Part shown: one piece after another, positions 37,619 to 49,292 of the stretch
How positions within the stretch are numbered: the first letter of the stretch is position 1
Layout of the letters: every line of letters starts with the position of its first letter
Source: Laetmonice hystrix
Lineage: Eukaryota
NCBI GenBank assembly: GCA_965235115.1
Contig: OZ249439.1
Span: forward strand, 2,728,001 to 2,792,000
Length of the DNA stretch: 64,000 bases
Direction of reading: 5' to 3'
Notes under the pieces: generated by a model
Told to the model about the DNA's origin: nothing
Databases searched by the model: none
What the model saw: only the letters and a program-made list of their open reading frames with translations
Made by a program: the position numbers and the translations under genes

Positions 37619-38977
37619 AGACGCCGCCGCCAGGTGGCACTCTTCTTCAGTGAAACGTCAGGAGACGCCACCGCCACAACAAACCCGTCCTCATCGGCTG
37701 GTAACGGGAACGGGAACGGGAACGGGAACGGGAACAACCGTCCGGGACAGATCGTCACTCCGCCGCCATACTGCGAGAAACCGCCTCCTTATAGCACGTT
37801 CCCACGAGGTCACGGGGTCGACCCCCCTCGGGACTATGACGAGGGGGGTGGTGACCCCCCAGCGGTTCCAAACGCTGCAAGGACGGCGACAAACGCTGAC
37901 CCCTCACCCTTAGACAACGTCACGTCAGCACAGAATGACCGGGAACCGGAAACGGGAATGTCGTCTGCGCACGCCAGAAACGACACGAACACAGACGCAC
38001 AGGAAGTGACGTTGATGTTTGGTACATCCGGGGCATCATACGCCACCATGCCACATCCTGGATTTACAAACACTGCTGAGGAAATACCGGCGGAAGTGGT
38101 GGGTCACAGCACTACGGGCCGACCTAACCGGTCCTTAGGTTTACAACTTACACCTAGAAACAGAGAATTTACCCCCACCTATACCCAGGTCAACCATAGA
38201 ATGCCGGAGGCACCTGCCACACGGCACGCGTCACGTGACAGACCACGTGATGCTAAACCATCACGTGACCCAGATTATGCTAGACATCGTGAGTTATCTC
38301 AGTCACGGGACCCAACCTATGTAAGAAATCGTGAGTTATCTCAATCACGGGACCCAACCTATGTAAGAAATCGTGAGTTATCTCAATCACGGGACCCAAC
38401 CTATGTAAGAAATCGTGAGTTATCTCAATCACGGGACCAAGCTTACGTCAGACATCGTGACTTATCTCCGTCACGTGACCAGGTGAACGTCAGGCATCCT
38501 GACCTATCTCCGTCACGTGACCAGGGAGTGAGCAGACGACGTGAGTTATCACCTATACGAAATCCCATCATCACAAAGTCACAGGATCTATCACCCCGTC
38601 CGTCCCAAGAACTCTCGCTCGAACGACCACGTGGTCGGGCACGTGACAGATCTCCCGAGAGACGACGAGATCTGTCACCGCTGAGAAATAAAAATCATCA
38701 AGCGGAGGAGATACGCCATCCTCTCGGTGGACTGCCGAGATCTCGCGATGATTCTGACGTTCTGCAATCCGCGTATGCCCGCCGGAACCCAGCGGGTCGA
38801 GACGAGAGGTTTGATACCACTGAATACAGTACAAACGGCGACCCGCGACGGTTGACTGACCTCCGCGCTCCGGTTCTCAGGTCTGACACCAGAGGTCGTG
38901 ATACCCGGCCTCCACGAGTCCGATCAGCCGACCTCAATCCGTACTCGACTGGAGCTCAAGGTCCTTATGTATATTAA
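37619..38977 (+). CDS. Gene 2 terminal exon: long disordered tail with PPPY-x3-PPPY and 14-aa repeats
   Basis: gtcattttctgttctcag|AGA is in frame with the 465-aa ORF 37580-38977; contains PPPYCEKPPPY, (GN)n and RELSQSRDPTYVRN repeats. Confidence 0.85.
   Translation, partial: RRRRQVALFFSETSGDATATTNPSSSAGNGNGNGNGNGNNRPGQIVTPPPYCEKPPPYSTFPRGHGVDPPRDYDEGGGDPPAVPNAARTATNADPSPLDNVTSAQNDREPETGMSSAHARNDTNTDAQEVTLMFGTSGASYATMPHPGFTNTAEEIPAEVVGHSTTGRPNRSLGLQLTPRNREFTPTYTQVNHRMPEAPATRHASRDRPRDAKPSRDPDYARHRELSQSRDPTYVRNRELSQSRDPTYVRNRELSQSRDPTYVRNRELSQSRDQAYVRHRDLSPSRDQVNVRHPDLSPSRDQGVSRRRELSPIRNPIITKSQDLSPRPSQELSLERPRGRARDRSPERRRDLSPLRNKNHQAEEIRHPLGGLPRSRDDSDVLQSAYARRNPAGRDERFDTTEYSTNGDPRRLTDLRAPVLRSDTRGRDTRPPRVRSADLNPYSTGAQGPYVY
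38285..38560 (+). repeat. 42-bp coding repeat (14 aa) in the gene 2 tail
   Basis: cgtgagttatctcaatcacgggacccaacctatgtaagaaat x3-4 plus degenerate copies. Confidence 0.9.
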
Positions 38978-40504
38978 CGATATTAGGGACTCTTACCCAA
39001 TATATAGTAAACTGACCTCAGAGATGGTGGGACCGTGGGAGTCAAGATCTCTGCTAACCTTACATGGGGGGGGGGGGGGGGGGGTCTCAAAGCTACAAGG
39101 TGAAGTTAGGTGTTGCCATATTAAACATTCCCCAGACGTCATCAACACAATGAGATCCATTCCGAGTTAGCAAACCTACCAAACCATGCAGCGAAGATGT
39201 TGAAATCCCATTGAAGGTAGACGTGTTTAGACATGTATATATTTGTTACCACATAGATGACAGCACTGTAGGAAGGGTGTGTGTGTGGGGGGGGGGGGGG
39301 GGGGGAGATAGTTGGCATTTTAAGGTACGGAACTTGGACAAATGGTTGACTGAGCACTAGGTGACCTCAATTGTCCATTGCGTAATCCATCATACGACAA
39401 ACATTATCATCATGAGGTGTAAATACACGTCGTACCTAAGAAGATATTTAAACATTATTTTGTAAATATATATATATATATATACAGCAACAAAATCTCC
39501 AACTATGCTCTAACTGATGCATTTGCTGAATATTATTTCAGCTATGAGATGCTTGTTTCCCAATGTAGTGGGACGAGATTGCATTTCTAAAGATTGTTAT
39601 ACCATTTGTTAAAAATTTAAAGTCCGATTACAAATGTTGGAGTTTAATAAAAACATATCAAAGTTCAAGGGACATCTATTAACATTGAACACACATGTAT
39701 TCCTTTACAACTTTCCTAATTAGGTAAAACTGATTACTTGAATTTGTCACTGTCACCCGTCACGTGACGTCGGACACTCAATGTCACATGATGTATGTTC
39801 AAGGTCATTGTAAGAAACATTGACCTGTGTCGACGGTTGTGACATCCAGAATGAAGGAACTGTTTCAGCATTGGTCGGATTATTTTCACCATGTACTTAC
39901 CCAGGACCAGGTGCATTGTCTCGGCACTGGCTGATTATCTCGCACAAAGTGTATCTTTCTTATTATAGGAGTATATCCTATTTAAATATGTATCCTAAAA
40001 TGTCTTGTTTATATCTTCTTTACACATATTTATAGATCTACGATAGCATTCTGTGCAGATCTACGCAAATCCTAGGTTGTATTAGGGAATAATTCGAGTG
40101 TAGTCTTATAAAACTGTGATGTGAACACAACACCAGACATGAGAATAATAATTGTCACCACCTACATACACGACTTTTGTCTTTTTCTTCCTACATTTCT
40201 TTACAGTTTATTGAGGATTATTTATTGATTATTTATTTATTCACACCAGAATTATTGGTTACACTGTGAAATGAAGATTCGTTCAAGCCAATGACTCAGA
40301 CGACCCACTGAAAGAATATCCGAGCAACAACGGTTAGGGACAACGGAAATATACCAACTGACTTTGTTATAACAGTTAAACCTACATCATTATGGGACAA
40401 GCTCATTTTTAAATCCTGCACATAGAATTTCAGCCCAGGGAACGAGGACAACCATCGAGCGTTTTAACAGTTATTTAACGTCGGAGGTTTAACACGTACA
40501 GTAA

Positions 40505-40995
40505 TTGACCTTCGTGGCAGATTGAAGGTCGAACAGTCGATCGGTTTGACCTTCGTGGCAGATTGAAGTTCGAACAGTCGATCGGTTTGACCTTCGTGGC
40601 AGATTGAAGGCCGAACAGTCGATCGGTTTGACCGTCGTGGCAGATTGAAGGTCGAACAGTCGATCGGTTTGACCTTCGTGGCAGATTGAAGGGCGAACAG
40701 TCGACCGGTTTGACCTTCGTGGCAGATTGAAGGGCGAACAGTCGATCGGTTTGACCTTCGTGGCAGATTGAAGGGCGAACAGTCGATCGGTTTGACCTTC
40801 GTGGCAGATTGAAGGGCGAACAGTCGATCGGTTTGACCTTCGTGGCAGATTGAAGGGCGAACAGTCGACCGGTTTGACCTTCGTGGCAGATTGAAGGGCG
40901 AACAGTCGATCGGTTTGACCTTCGTGGCAGATTGAAGGGCGAACAGTCGACCGGTTTGACCGTCGTGGCAGATTGAAGGTAGAACTGTCGACCAG
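40505..40995. repeat. 41-bp VNTR, 12 copies (2 copies in unit B at 53866-53945)
   Basis: gtggcagattgaagggcgaacagtcgatcggtttgaccttc. Confidence 0.93.
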
Positions 40996-42235
40996 TTTGA
41001 CAAATAAACGACACCACGAGTTCTCTGGTGACTGCTGACAATCACAGTCATCAGTTATAGTCGTGTTATCATCAGTAATATTACGTCAGGTCACCGTTTC
41101 GCGACAAGAGGCTCTTGCTAATAACTTGTTGTAGCTATAAAAATGTAGACATGGCCTCATTGGTTGAACCAGTTGAGGTGCTAAGTCATGCAGATCGAGT
41201 TTACCTGTCACATGCCGACTTATATGGGTCTAACTTCCGCGTTTGCAGGACAGAGTATTGTGGTGCAGATTTCGCGAACGAAGGAGGGACAAGTTTTTGT
41301 GTTAAACAAACGATACAGGTAAGTTTGAACGTTCATATCGTAATCCAGATACAGAAATGATGCCACTCAGCGGATAAAGTGGATTTACATTCAGATCAAA
41401 GTTCCAGTTGAGTTCATACAGTTTGCTTTGTTTTGCTATCCAATTAGTTCTCCCCCCTCCATTTTTTATAATGATTTTGATGGTATACCTCTCTGGGTGC
41501 TCCACCCAAGGAGTTGTGTTTTGCGCTCGCACCTGTATGTTGGAAATGGTCAAAGAGGACGCACTCGCGTAGTGCTGACCAGGCACGCGAGTCACTCGGC
41601 ACACGCTTTAACTGACTGTCGTCATGTCTCGGCTGTATGACGGAGGTCGCCATGTTGGGAGGTGGGGTGGGTGGGTGGCTAGGTCGGGACCACCGGCCCG
41701 GATGTGGACAACAAAACTCCCGCGGTGCCGCCGTGCCGAAAATGGAGACCGCCCCTGTGTCGGAATTTACAGAGTTAGAATGTCTGGTTTTCCTCCCAGT
41801 TGAAGAAGACACTGTTTTGTCTCCACGGTAGAAAATTCGAAAAGGATAGAGGTCTAGGTATGTTGAGAAATTAGATTTGAACTAGGGAGAAATTCGACTA
41901 TTTACTGCTCCTCTGTTCATGCGGGATGCCGCTTCAGGGGATTTAGCGCAAATCCTGGGGAATTGACCGCTTCATACATCCGGGGCCTGGTTCGCCTCCG
42001 GATATGACCTAGAAACAGCCACTCAGAAGCAGCGTCGGTGTTCCGACTGGCGCACGAGTGTGAAAGATAAAATCGCTCGCTCGCGTCCGTGGGGAAATCC
42101 CGCATAAATTCATCATGAGACTATTGCAGAGGGAAAGTCCACTAGACAGCATGACATCAGCTGCCAGGAATAGAAAGGAGCGCCTTGCTGCAATTTGGCA
42201 CTGTGTTCGTTTCGTAGCTATTAACAGCATGCCCT

Positions 42236-42513
42236 ATTATGCTGTTATTAGGAGAAGAGGGGTGGCGGCTGTGTGGTTTCAGACAGTAAATCATTATGCT
42301 GTTAGGGGGAAGAGGGGTGGTGGCTGTGTGGTTTCAGACAGTAAATCATTATGCTGTTAGGGGGAAGAGGGGTGGTGGCTGTGTGGTTTCAGACAGTAAA
42401 TCATTATGCTGTTATTAGGGGAAGAGGGGTGGTGGCTGTGTGGTTTCAGACAGTAAATCATTATGCTGTTATTAGGAGAAGAGGGGTGGTGGCTGTGTGG
42501 TTTCAGACAGTAA
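42236..42513. repeat. 55-58-bp VNTR, 5 copies (1 copy in unit B)
   Basis: attatgctgttattaggagaagaggggtggtggctgtgtggtttcagacagtaaatc. Confidence 0.9.
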
Positions 42514-44233
42514 ATCCTGTCTACTATTCCTGCCTTGCTGGATCGTCATGCACGAGAAACACTAAAAAGACAAAATGTTAACAGGAACTGTAATACTAAA
42601 CTTCCAAGGAAAAACAATTCTAACCTCACAACACACAATGCTTTAGGCCTACAAACAACATCTTCGCCTAACAAGGATATTTCAAAACAACCACAGATCT
42701 CCATACTCTAATTAGGTCATTTCGCCACACTAGTGCGTATCGAGACTTTTGTCAAGAGCCCAAGACATGTTTTTGTAGGGGACACGTTCAGTCAGTGCTT
42801 TTGCTTTATTATCCTTCGAGTTTCCAGGGCAGTGTGGCAGTGCCTTGGAATGGATTCTGTTTCTACGGGCTTGTTTAGGCCTGCACCAGGCTTTTTCAGG
42901 CCTTGCCTTGGTCTAACGGTGGGTCATTATATAGGACGGTCAGTACATGATCCGGTAATTACCCAATATCATCCAACACATCAACACGTTCTCCTTTAAA
43001 AATAGATATGATTCAAAATAACACTTGAAGGGAGTGTGGCGACCCTGACTATGGATGTCAGGGTCTGCGGGCACAGGCTCCGTGTACGTATAACTTACTT
43101 TTCGTTGTGTTCCTAGAAATCTTACCTGAATTGGAGATCGAGACGGTGTGGCTGGAGTGGGGGATAATGGACTTAAGGTCTTAAGTATAGGCAGAACAGT
43201 ATTATGGATGATATAGACAATATTATATTCAGCACTTTATGGTTCCTAACCCGTTGTGGTTGGCGAGTTACCTGACCATGTGTGTGTATTACAAGAGAAA
43301 ACTTACTAATGGATACTTACCAAAACACGGATGGGGAGGGATGCATGGGCTGTGGAGAGCGCCACTCCTTTGGAAGGCGAGTAAGTCAGACCAAACACAC
43401 ACCGCCGAGCAGCAGGGTCAATCCGGCGCAGCAAACAACACTGGGTAAGAAGGCCCGGCAGGGATCTATCAGTCGCCAGCCATAGCCGGCCCAGATATGC
43501 CAGAATGCGCTTCTTTGCCGCTGCACTTGGACGAATCTCTAGAAGAACCAGTGCTGCCAACTGCGCTTAATGCTGCTCCCACGTCTGCTGCTCGACTGCT
43601 GCTCGGGCGGGGGTGGTGTTGGCTGCCGTCCCATTGGAGAGGGTGGATCACTCTCGCCGATTCCAAGCCGTGCAGTCGGTCGTAAGGAAGGGCTGCAGCC
43701 AATAGGAATGGTGACCAATGGGAAATGTCCCCAACCCTGGCACTTCAAAGGGTGGCCAACAGGAGCAGCAGATCTCCGGGAGTGGTTGAAGACTGACGTC
43801 CCAGCCCTCGCCACGCAGTGGCCACGCCTACACACGGACGGTCTGGACGCTGCGGGTGGGAGGGGGCACTCCCACGGTCACCAAGGCCAAAATACTGACA
43901 TACAAAGTTTGGAATAAAATACACTAACTTACATTATTATATACACGAATAAACCTAGAATCGCCACGGGAGCTTCCATATCTAGGCATCAGTACAGTAT
44001 CAGGACCTTAGTCTAAAATGCATAATATTGCTTACAATATATAGTCAAACGCCAATCATTTAGTGTTCCAGATACCGTATACTGTATACTTGGGACGAAA
44101 GCTGGACTAGAGGTACGTGTATATATTGTACGTGATAGCTTGGCGCCTAGTGATTTTAATAGGCACGTATAGACAGCAGTTATATAACAGTTCTACTGAG
44201 GTTGTCACAAGTTTCATTTTTTTATTTTATTTA

Positions 44234-44264
<31 letters not shown>

Positions 44265-44488
44265 TATTTTATTTTTTTTATTTTGTCGTATTTAGCTTAT
44301 ACTGTAAACTTCTCATTGGCTTTTAACGTTTTGCCACCGGCTACAAAAGGATGTCAGCAACCATTAGGATCTCTCAGCGATGACTGTATAATTTCCTAAT
44401 TATTTATACGTTTTGTTTACTCATCCCCCCGTCCGGCACTCCCTAAATCAATCGTAATGTCTCTCGTTTCTCCACCTAATCTTCAGAA

Positions 44489-47259
44489 ATGTTGGCGGCA
44501 GTGGTAGCAGTTGTCGGTCTCCTCCTCATCTACCTGGCCCTCCATAAGCCGAGACCCAAGTTACCGCCAGGACCACCTGGGCTACCAATCTTGGGAAACA
44601 CTCACCAGCTCGACAAGAAAGCTCCCTATCTGACGATCACAGAATGGAGTGAGAAATATGGGAATGTTTTCACGTTTAAGAACTTCACTCAGAATGTCGT
44701 GGTTCTGAACGACTATAAGACGATTCATGAAGCACTGGTGGTTCGCTCCAGTGATTTCGCAGGTCGTGCCCCCAACTACCGTGCCTCGACGATGTTCAAG
44801 TACTGCTCAGACATCGTCTTCGCGGACTTCACACCCAAGTGGATCTACACCAAGAAACTGTCCATGACATCACTCAAGTCGTACGGGGATGGGCTCGCGA
44901 ACCTAGAGGAAATCTCACGGGATTTGATCTCCGACATGCTAAAGGACCTCGAGAAAAAGGCTGGTCATGGGACGCCGGTAGACATGAAGAGTACGGTCCA
45001 CGCGTGTACTGGAGGAATTGTTTCCTCCGTGGTGAGTTTGACCGTGGAGGAGTGAGTCAAGGAGGAGTGGCAATTTTCCGAAATTCTGACTTTACCTGTC
45101 ATCCTAATTGTTAAAGACCACATCGACAAAAAGCAATGATATCATTGGTCTCCCCTGGTTGCCCCCTCCAGCTCCACCTCTGTAACTTACTGAAGTGAAA
45201 AGGCGATGAACTGGCCGATTCCGATATGTCTTGATTTGATACATATTTTTCCCCCTTCATCAAACAAACTCCACATTGTTACATACTTTTCCCTCCAGCT
45301 CTGGGTATACAAACTCCACATTGGTACATACTTTTTCCTCCAGCTCTGGGGTCACAAACTCAAACCGGAGGAGCTCCGTGCCATCCTGGACGTTGAGAGA
45401 CTTTCATTGGAGTTCCTCGACCCAAACGGCCGTGCAGGAGAACTTGAAATGTTTCCATTTTTGCGATATTTGCCATCACAGAACAAGAAATTATTGTATG
45501 CAGTCCGAGATGCTTTTCATAACTGCTATCCAGCCAAGAATGAGGAGTCGAGGGTAGGCTTATGTTTTGTTGGATTATCTGTATATGTTTGTTTTTTGGT
45601 AGCTTTTTTTCACTGTATTTTAAAATGTCCCGCAAACTTATATCACGTATAGTGTAATAAGTCTGACCTTGGGAGAATTGTCGTCAATGTCATTATGAGA
45701 TATGAGAGTTGCAATGTCAGCTCTGTTCGTTCAGGCTCAGTGTGATGGCCGAGAGCCAGCTTGTATGATGGAGGCAATCATCACCCAGCAACAACGGGAG
45801 GTGAAGGAGAAAGGTCAACCGGTGCTAACTAAAGGTGATGTGGACGCCGTCAGCATAAACGTGATCGAGGCCGGTACGTACTGTGATGTCAGTGTGACGT
45901 CACGTCACACTTATCTTCTGCCAATGCTGCCTGTTCGAACTTTTTTGTAGTGCCCTTTTTGACCAGCAAGTGCCCTTTTAAATTGACGCTGTTTTTTTAT
46001 CGCCTGGCAAATGCCCCTCGTGAGCTCGCTTCAATAGTAGTTCCTATCCCTGTGCTTCCCTGGCCTAAAACAGTTAACGAGGAGATCACGTAATAAGAAA
46101 TTTGAAGAATGTGATTCAATGTTTCCGTAGGAACCTTAACCACCTCGACGACGATGAGTATCCTGACTGCAGTCTTGGTAAACAAACCTGAGATTCAGAC
46201 GAGGATGAGATCCGACATTCAAACAGTGATCGGGAACCGTTTACCCCGACTCAAGGACAGGTCATCTCTGCCGTACGTGGAGGCGTCCATCCTGGAGTCT
46301 CTCCGCTACTCGTCCATCCTTCCACTACTCATCCCGCACACTGCGACCACAGACACGACCATGGATGGATACGATATACCCAAGGGAACGATGGTATACA
46401 CCAACACAACCAGACCACTCTGAATCATAGCGCTAAGTTTCAACCAATAAAAAGTCTTGTATGAAAACGAGGCATTCAGCGACATGTTTTTTCAAAAGGG
46501 AAATGATTTTTCAGTGCGTGCTATCTTTAGATTGTTACGCGTAAAATTGTCCTTGCGTCTTGTAGTCTGATGCGTTTTATGTAGTACAGTTTCCGGCGAT
46601 GTGTCACGTAATATAAGCCATGTATGTGACCGCCAGGTGATGGTCAATGCCTGGAAACTCCACCACAGTGAGAAATACTGGGACGAGCCATGGGAGTTCC
46701 GTCCGGAGAGATTTCTGTCTGATGATGGCACACTGGTTCCTCCAGATCATATCAACAGGAAGAGGTAGGCAGGAAGTGGCCATAGATTTATTTTTTCACC
46801 GTGTAAAATTTTCCGTGCGATTTAAGGTGAAGTTGTACCAGGTTTATCTGTACCAGAGAGGATGACTCGAGGAACCATTCCATTTCCAATTACATGTATA
46901 TGTCTATTTGGAGATTACAAGAGCCTTAGCCAGAGAATCTGATGTGTTTTTTTATGTCTTTCTGAAGCGGCCTGACATGAATTCCTGGAGAGAATAACAT
47001 TACCGTTATAGCTGTGATGAGCGTCGTATAATCGGTTGTAATCTTCAGGTTGATGCCGTTTGGTGCCGGGAGACGGGTGTGTCTAGGCGAGGTGCTGGCC
47101 AGGAATCGTCTCTTCCTGCTTCTGGTCGCCATCATTCAGAGGTTTGTGATCCACCCGGAGTCGGAGGACAAGTTACCCGACTATGACCCCCGTGGGTACG
47201 ACACGGGGCTAGTTATCGCCCCCAAACCTTTCAACGTTCGACTTGTAACCATCGACTAG
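44489..47259 (+). CDS. Cytochrome P450, clan 2 (CYP17/CYP1-like), copy A, 497 aa
   Basis: Exons 44489-45031, 45344-45553, 45735-45873, 46131-46393, 46637-46764, 47049-47259; all GT-AG with consistent phases. Has an N-terminal TM anchor, PPGP hinge, I-helix AGTLTT, ESLR (ExxR), FRPERF and heme motif FGAGRRVCLG. Confidence 0.95.
45264..45361 (+). repeat. 45-bp acceptor-spanning repeat before CYP-A exon 2 (2 acceptors)
   Basis: ttttccctccag|ctctggg at 45299 and 45344. Confidence 0.88.
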
Positions 47260-48869
47260 CAAACTACCATCTTCTCTACCTGCTGACTAAAGCAGAGATT
47301 TCGTGTCGAGGAGAACTTCATATTATTCAGAGGACTTATTCCTTATAGAGGCTAATCTCGAGTATGCTGTAATGTTAAGAAAAAATGTTCTAACTCCCTG
47401 TGAGGCTACAGGCAGAGACGATGTATGACGACGATAAGTCTTCGTACTACATTAACGTCGTTTACCTACTACATTTTATAATTCTCATATCTACCAGATG
47501 GCTTTGATACATATCTTTTCTACATTGAACATGTCAACTTGACGAAGTCTGCACTGTATTAAACTGACATAATCACATTATAAACTGAGACAAGACGACC
47601 AGTTTTTCGACATTTTCCAGGAGCGTGAATACCCTGCTTGAGCTATGTTTGGGAGTAGAGGTTGCAATCGCAATGGGTTTCCCAGGTTTGTTTTGGTGGG
47701 AGACAACTCTACAGTGATCTGGAAAAACCTAGCAAGTCCACTTTGCCTCATTTTCAGAAAACTGGGACAAACAAACCATTCCTCCCATTGAGGTGATGCA
47801 AACGCTAGTTTTTTTTCAGGTCAATAACTATGAATTGTGTAGAGTTTTGATCACTTGTATAGGACTATATGAAAGGACAAAACCTAGTTAGTCCAAAAAT
47901 GAGACTAACTCAAATTGGGCAAAAACTCGACTTACTAGGTTTTTTCAAACTTTCGCCATTATAATGCGCTGCGGTTCGCTTCGTTTCCATTCACACTTGC
48001 GTCAAATTGCGAACTGAAGCGAAGCGTATTCTGGAATTGACGTCGGGTATTCGCTTCTAAAACGCATGAAATCGCTTCAATGCGCATTGGACCTCTAGTG
48101 AATGGTACGGATTCTGGAATGCACATCAATGCGCTTTAAAGCGCATTCTGGGGTCTAGTGTGAAAAGGACATTGGAGGGCGACAGGCGGGCGTCTTGACC
48201 CGCAACGAAAAGGAATGTCGGTCTGAATCGTTTTTTTTCAATTTGTTGTTTTGTTTAGAAAACGAATGTTCATCACTCTTAACGTTCACCGCGTAAAAGT
48301 GGAAAATTAAATACGACTCCAATAATAGAAGCGGTATATACGTAAGCCCTCCCAAGTACCCAATAAAAGTCCACTGTACAGTATGAGTGTTTTTATTAAT
48401 AATTGACCATATTTATCCAACTCCACCGCCTTGTTTTCTTTAGTAAACGACTTAGGATTCTATACCGATACAATCAGGTTTCAGATTAAAGCTTCGTGTT
48501 AGTGTGATTGCTAACATGAGCCCCTGAACTGTCTTGAATTTATCACCGTCACCCGTCACGTGACGTCGGACACTCAATGTCACATGATGTATGTTCAAGG
48601 TCATTGTAAGAAACATTGACCTGTGTCGACGGTTGTGACATCCAGAATGAAGGAACTGTTTCAGCATTGGTCGGATACTATACTACAGTCTGCCATATGG
48701 AGATTTAAACAGATCTCTATTTTCGGAATACCACTCAGCAGCGGGAGATCTCTTGCCTGTTAGGGTCAGCGTGTGGAACCCAATACATTTAGTGTGACTT
48801 CTGACGGTGCCACCACCTGCAAAACAGCTAAGTGAAGCCCCTATTCTCTATGAACTGGAGACACTAATA

Positions 48870-49248
48870 AACACTGATTACAGGCATATATTTATATATA
48901 TTACCTGAGACTGTCCTGTTGGGCTCCTAATTTACAGTACTCTTGTATCACGGGAGACTGTAGGCCTATTGTATCACGGGAGACTGTATTATAGGGTGTC
49001 TGAGTAACACTGATTACAGGCATATATTTATATATATATTATCTGAGACTGTCCTGTTGGGCTCATAATTTACAGTACTCTTGTATCACGGGAGACTGTA
49101 GGCCTATTGTATCACGGGAGACTGTACTATAGGGTGTCTGAGAAACACTGATTACAGGCATATATTTATATATATATTATCTGAGACTGTCCTGTTGGGC
49201 TCATAATTTACAGTACTCTTGTATCACGGGAGACTGTAGGCCTATTAT
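48870..49248 (+). repeat. ~137-bp monomers x ~2.8 in the LINE 5' UTR
   Basis: aacactgattacaggcatat starts at 48870, 49007 and 49144. Confidence 0.85.
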
Positions 49249-49292
49249 AGTGTTTATTTGATTACAATAATTGTAAGTTACACACTATAATT

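Larger units (their letters stand above)
39737..48532 (+). repeat. Tandem segmental duplication, unit A
   Basis: The sequence starting cttgaattt at 39737 recurs at 48533; collinear homology with 48533-64000 apart from insertions and VNTR differences. Confidence 0.9.

Noticed and set aside
43230-43920. Several 60-115-aa ORFs shared by both duplication units
   Set aside because: No recognisable domain; shared only because the duplication is recent, and interrupted by a MITE in unit B.
47950-48165. Palindrome-rich segment (aatgcgcttt-aaagcgcatt; ctagtgtgaaaagg), also 63430-63650
   Set aside because: Probably half of a decayed MITE; only one terminus found, so not called.
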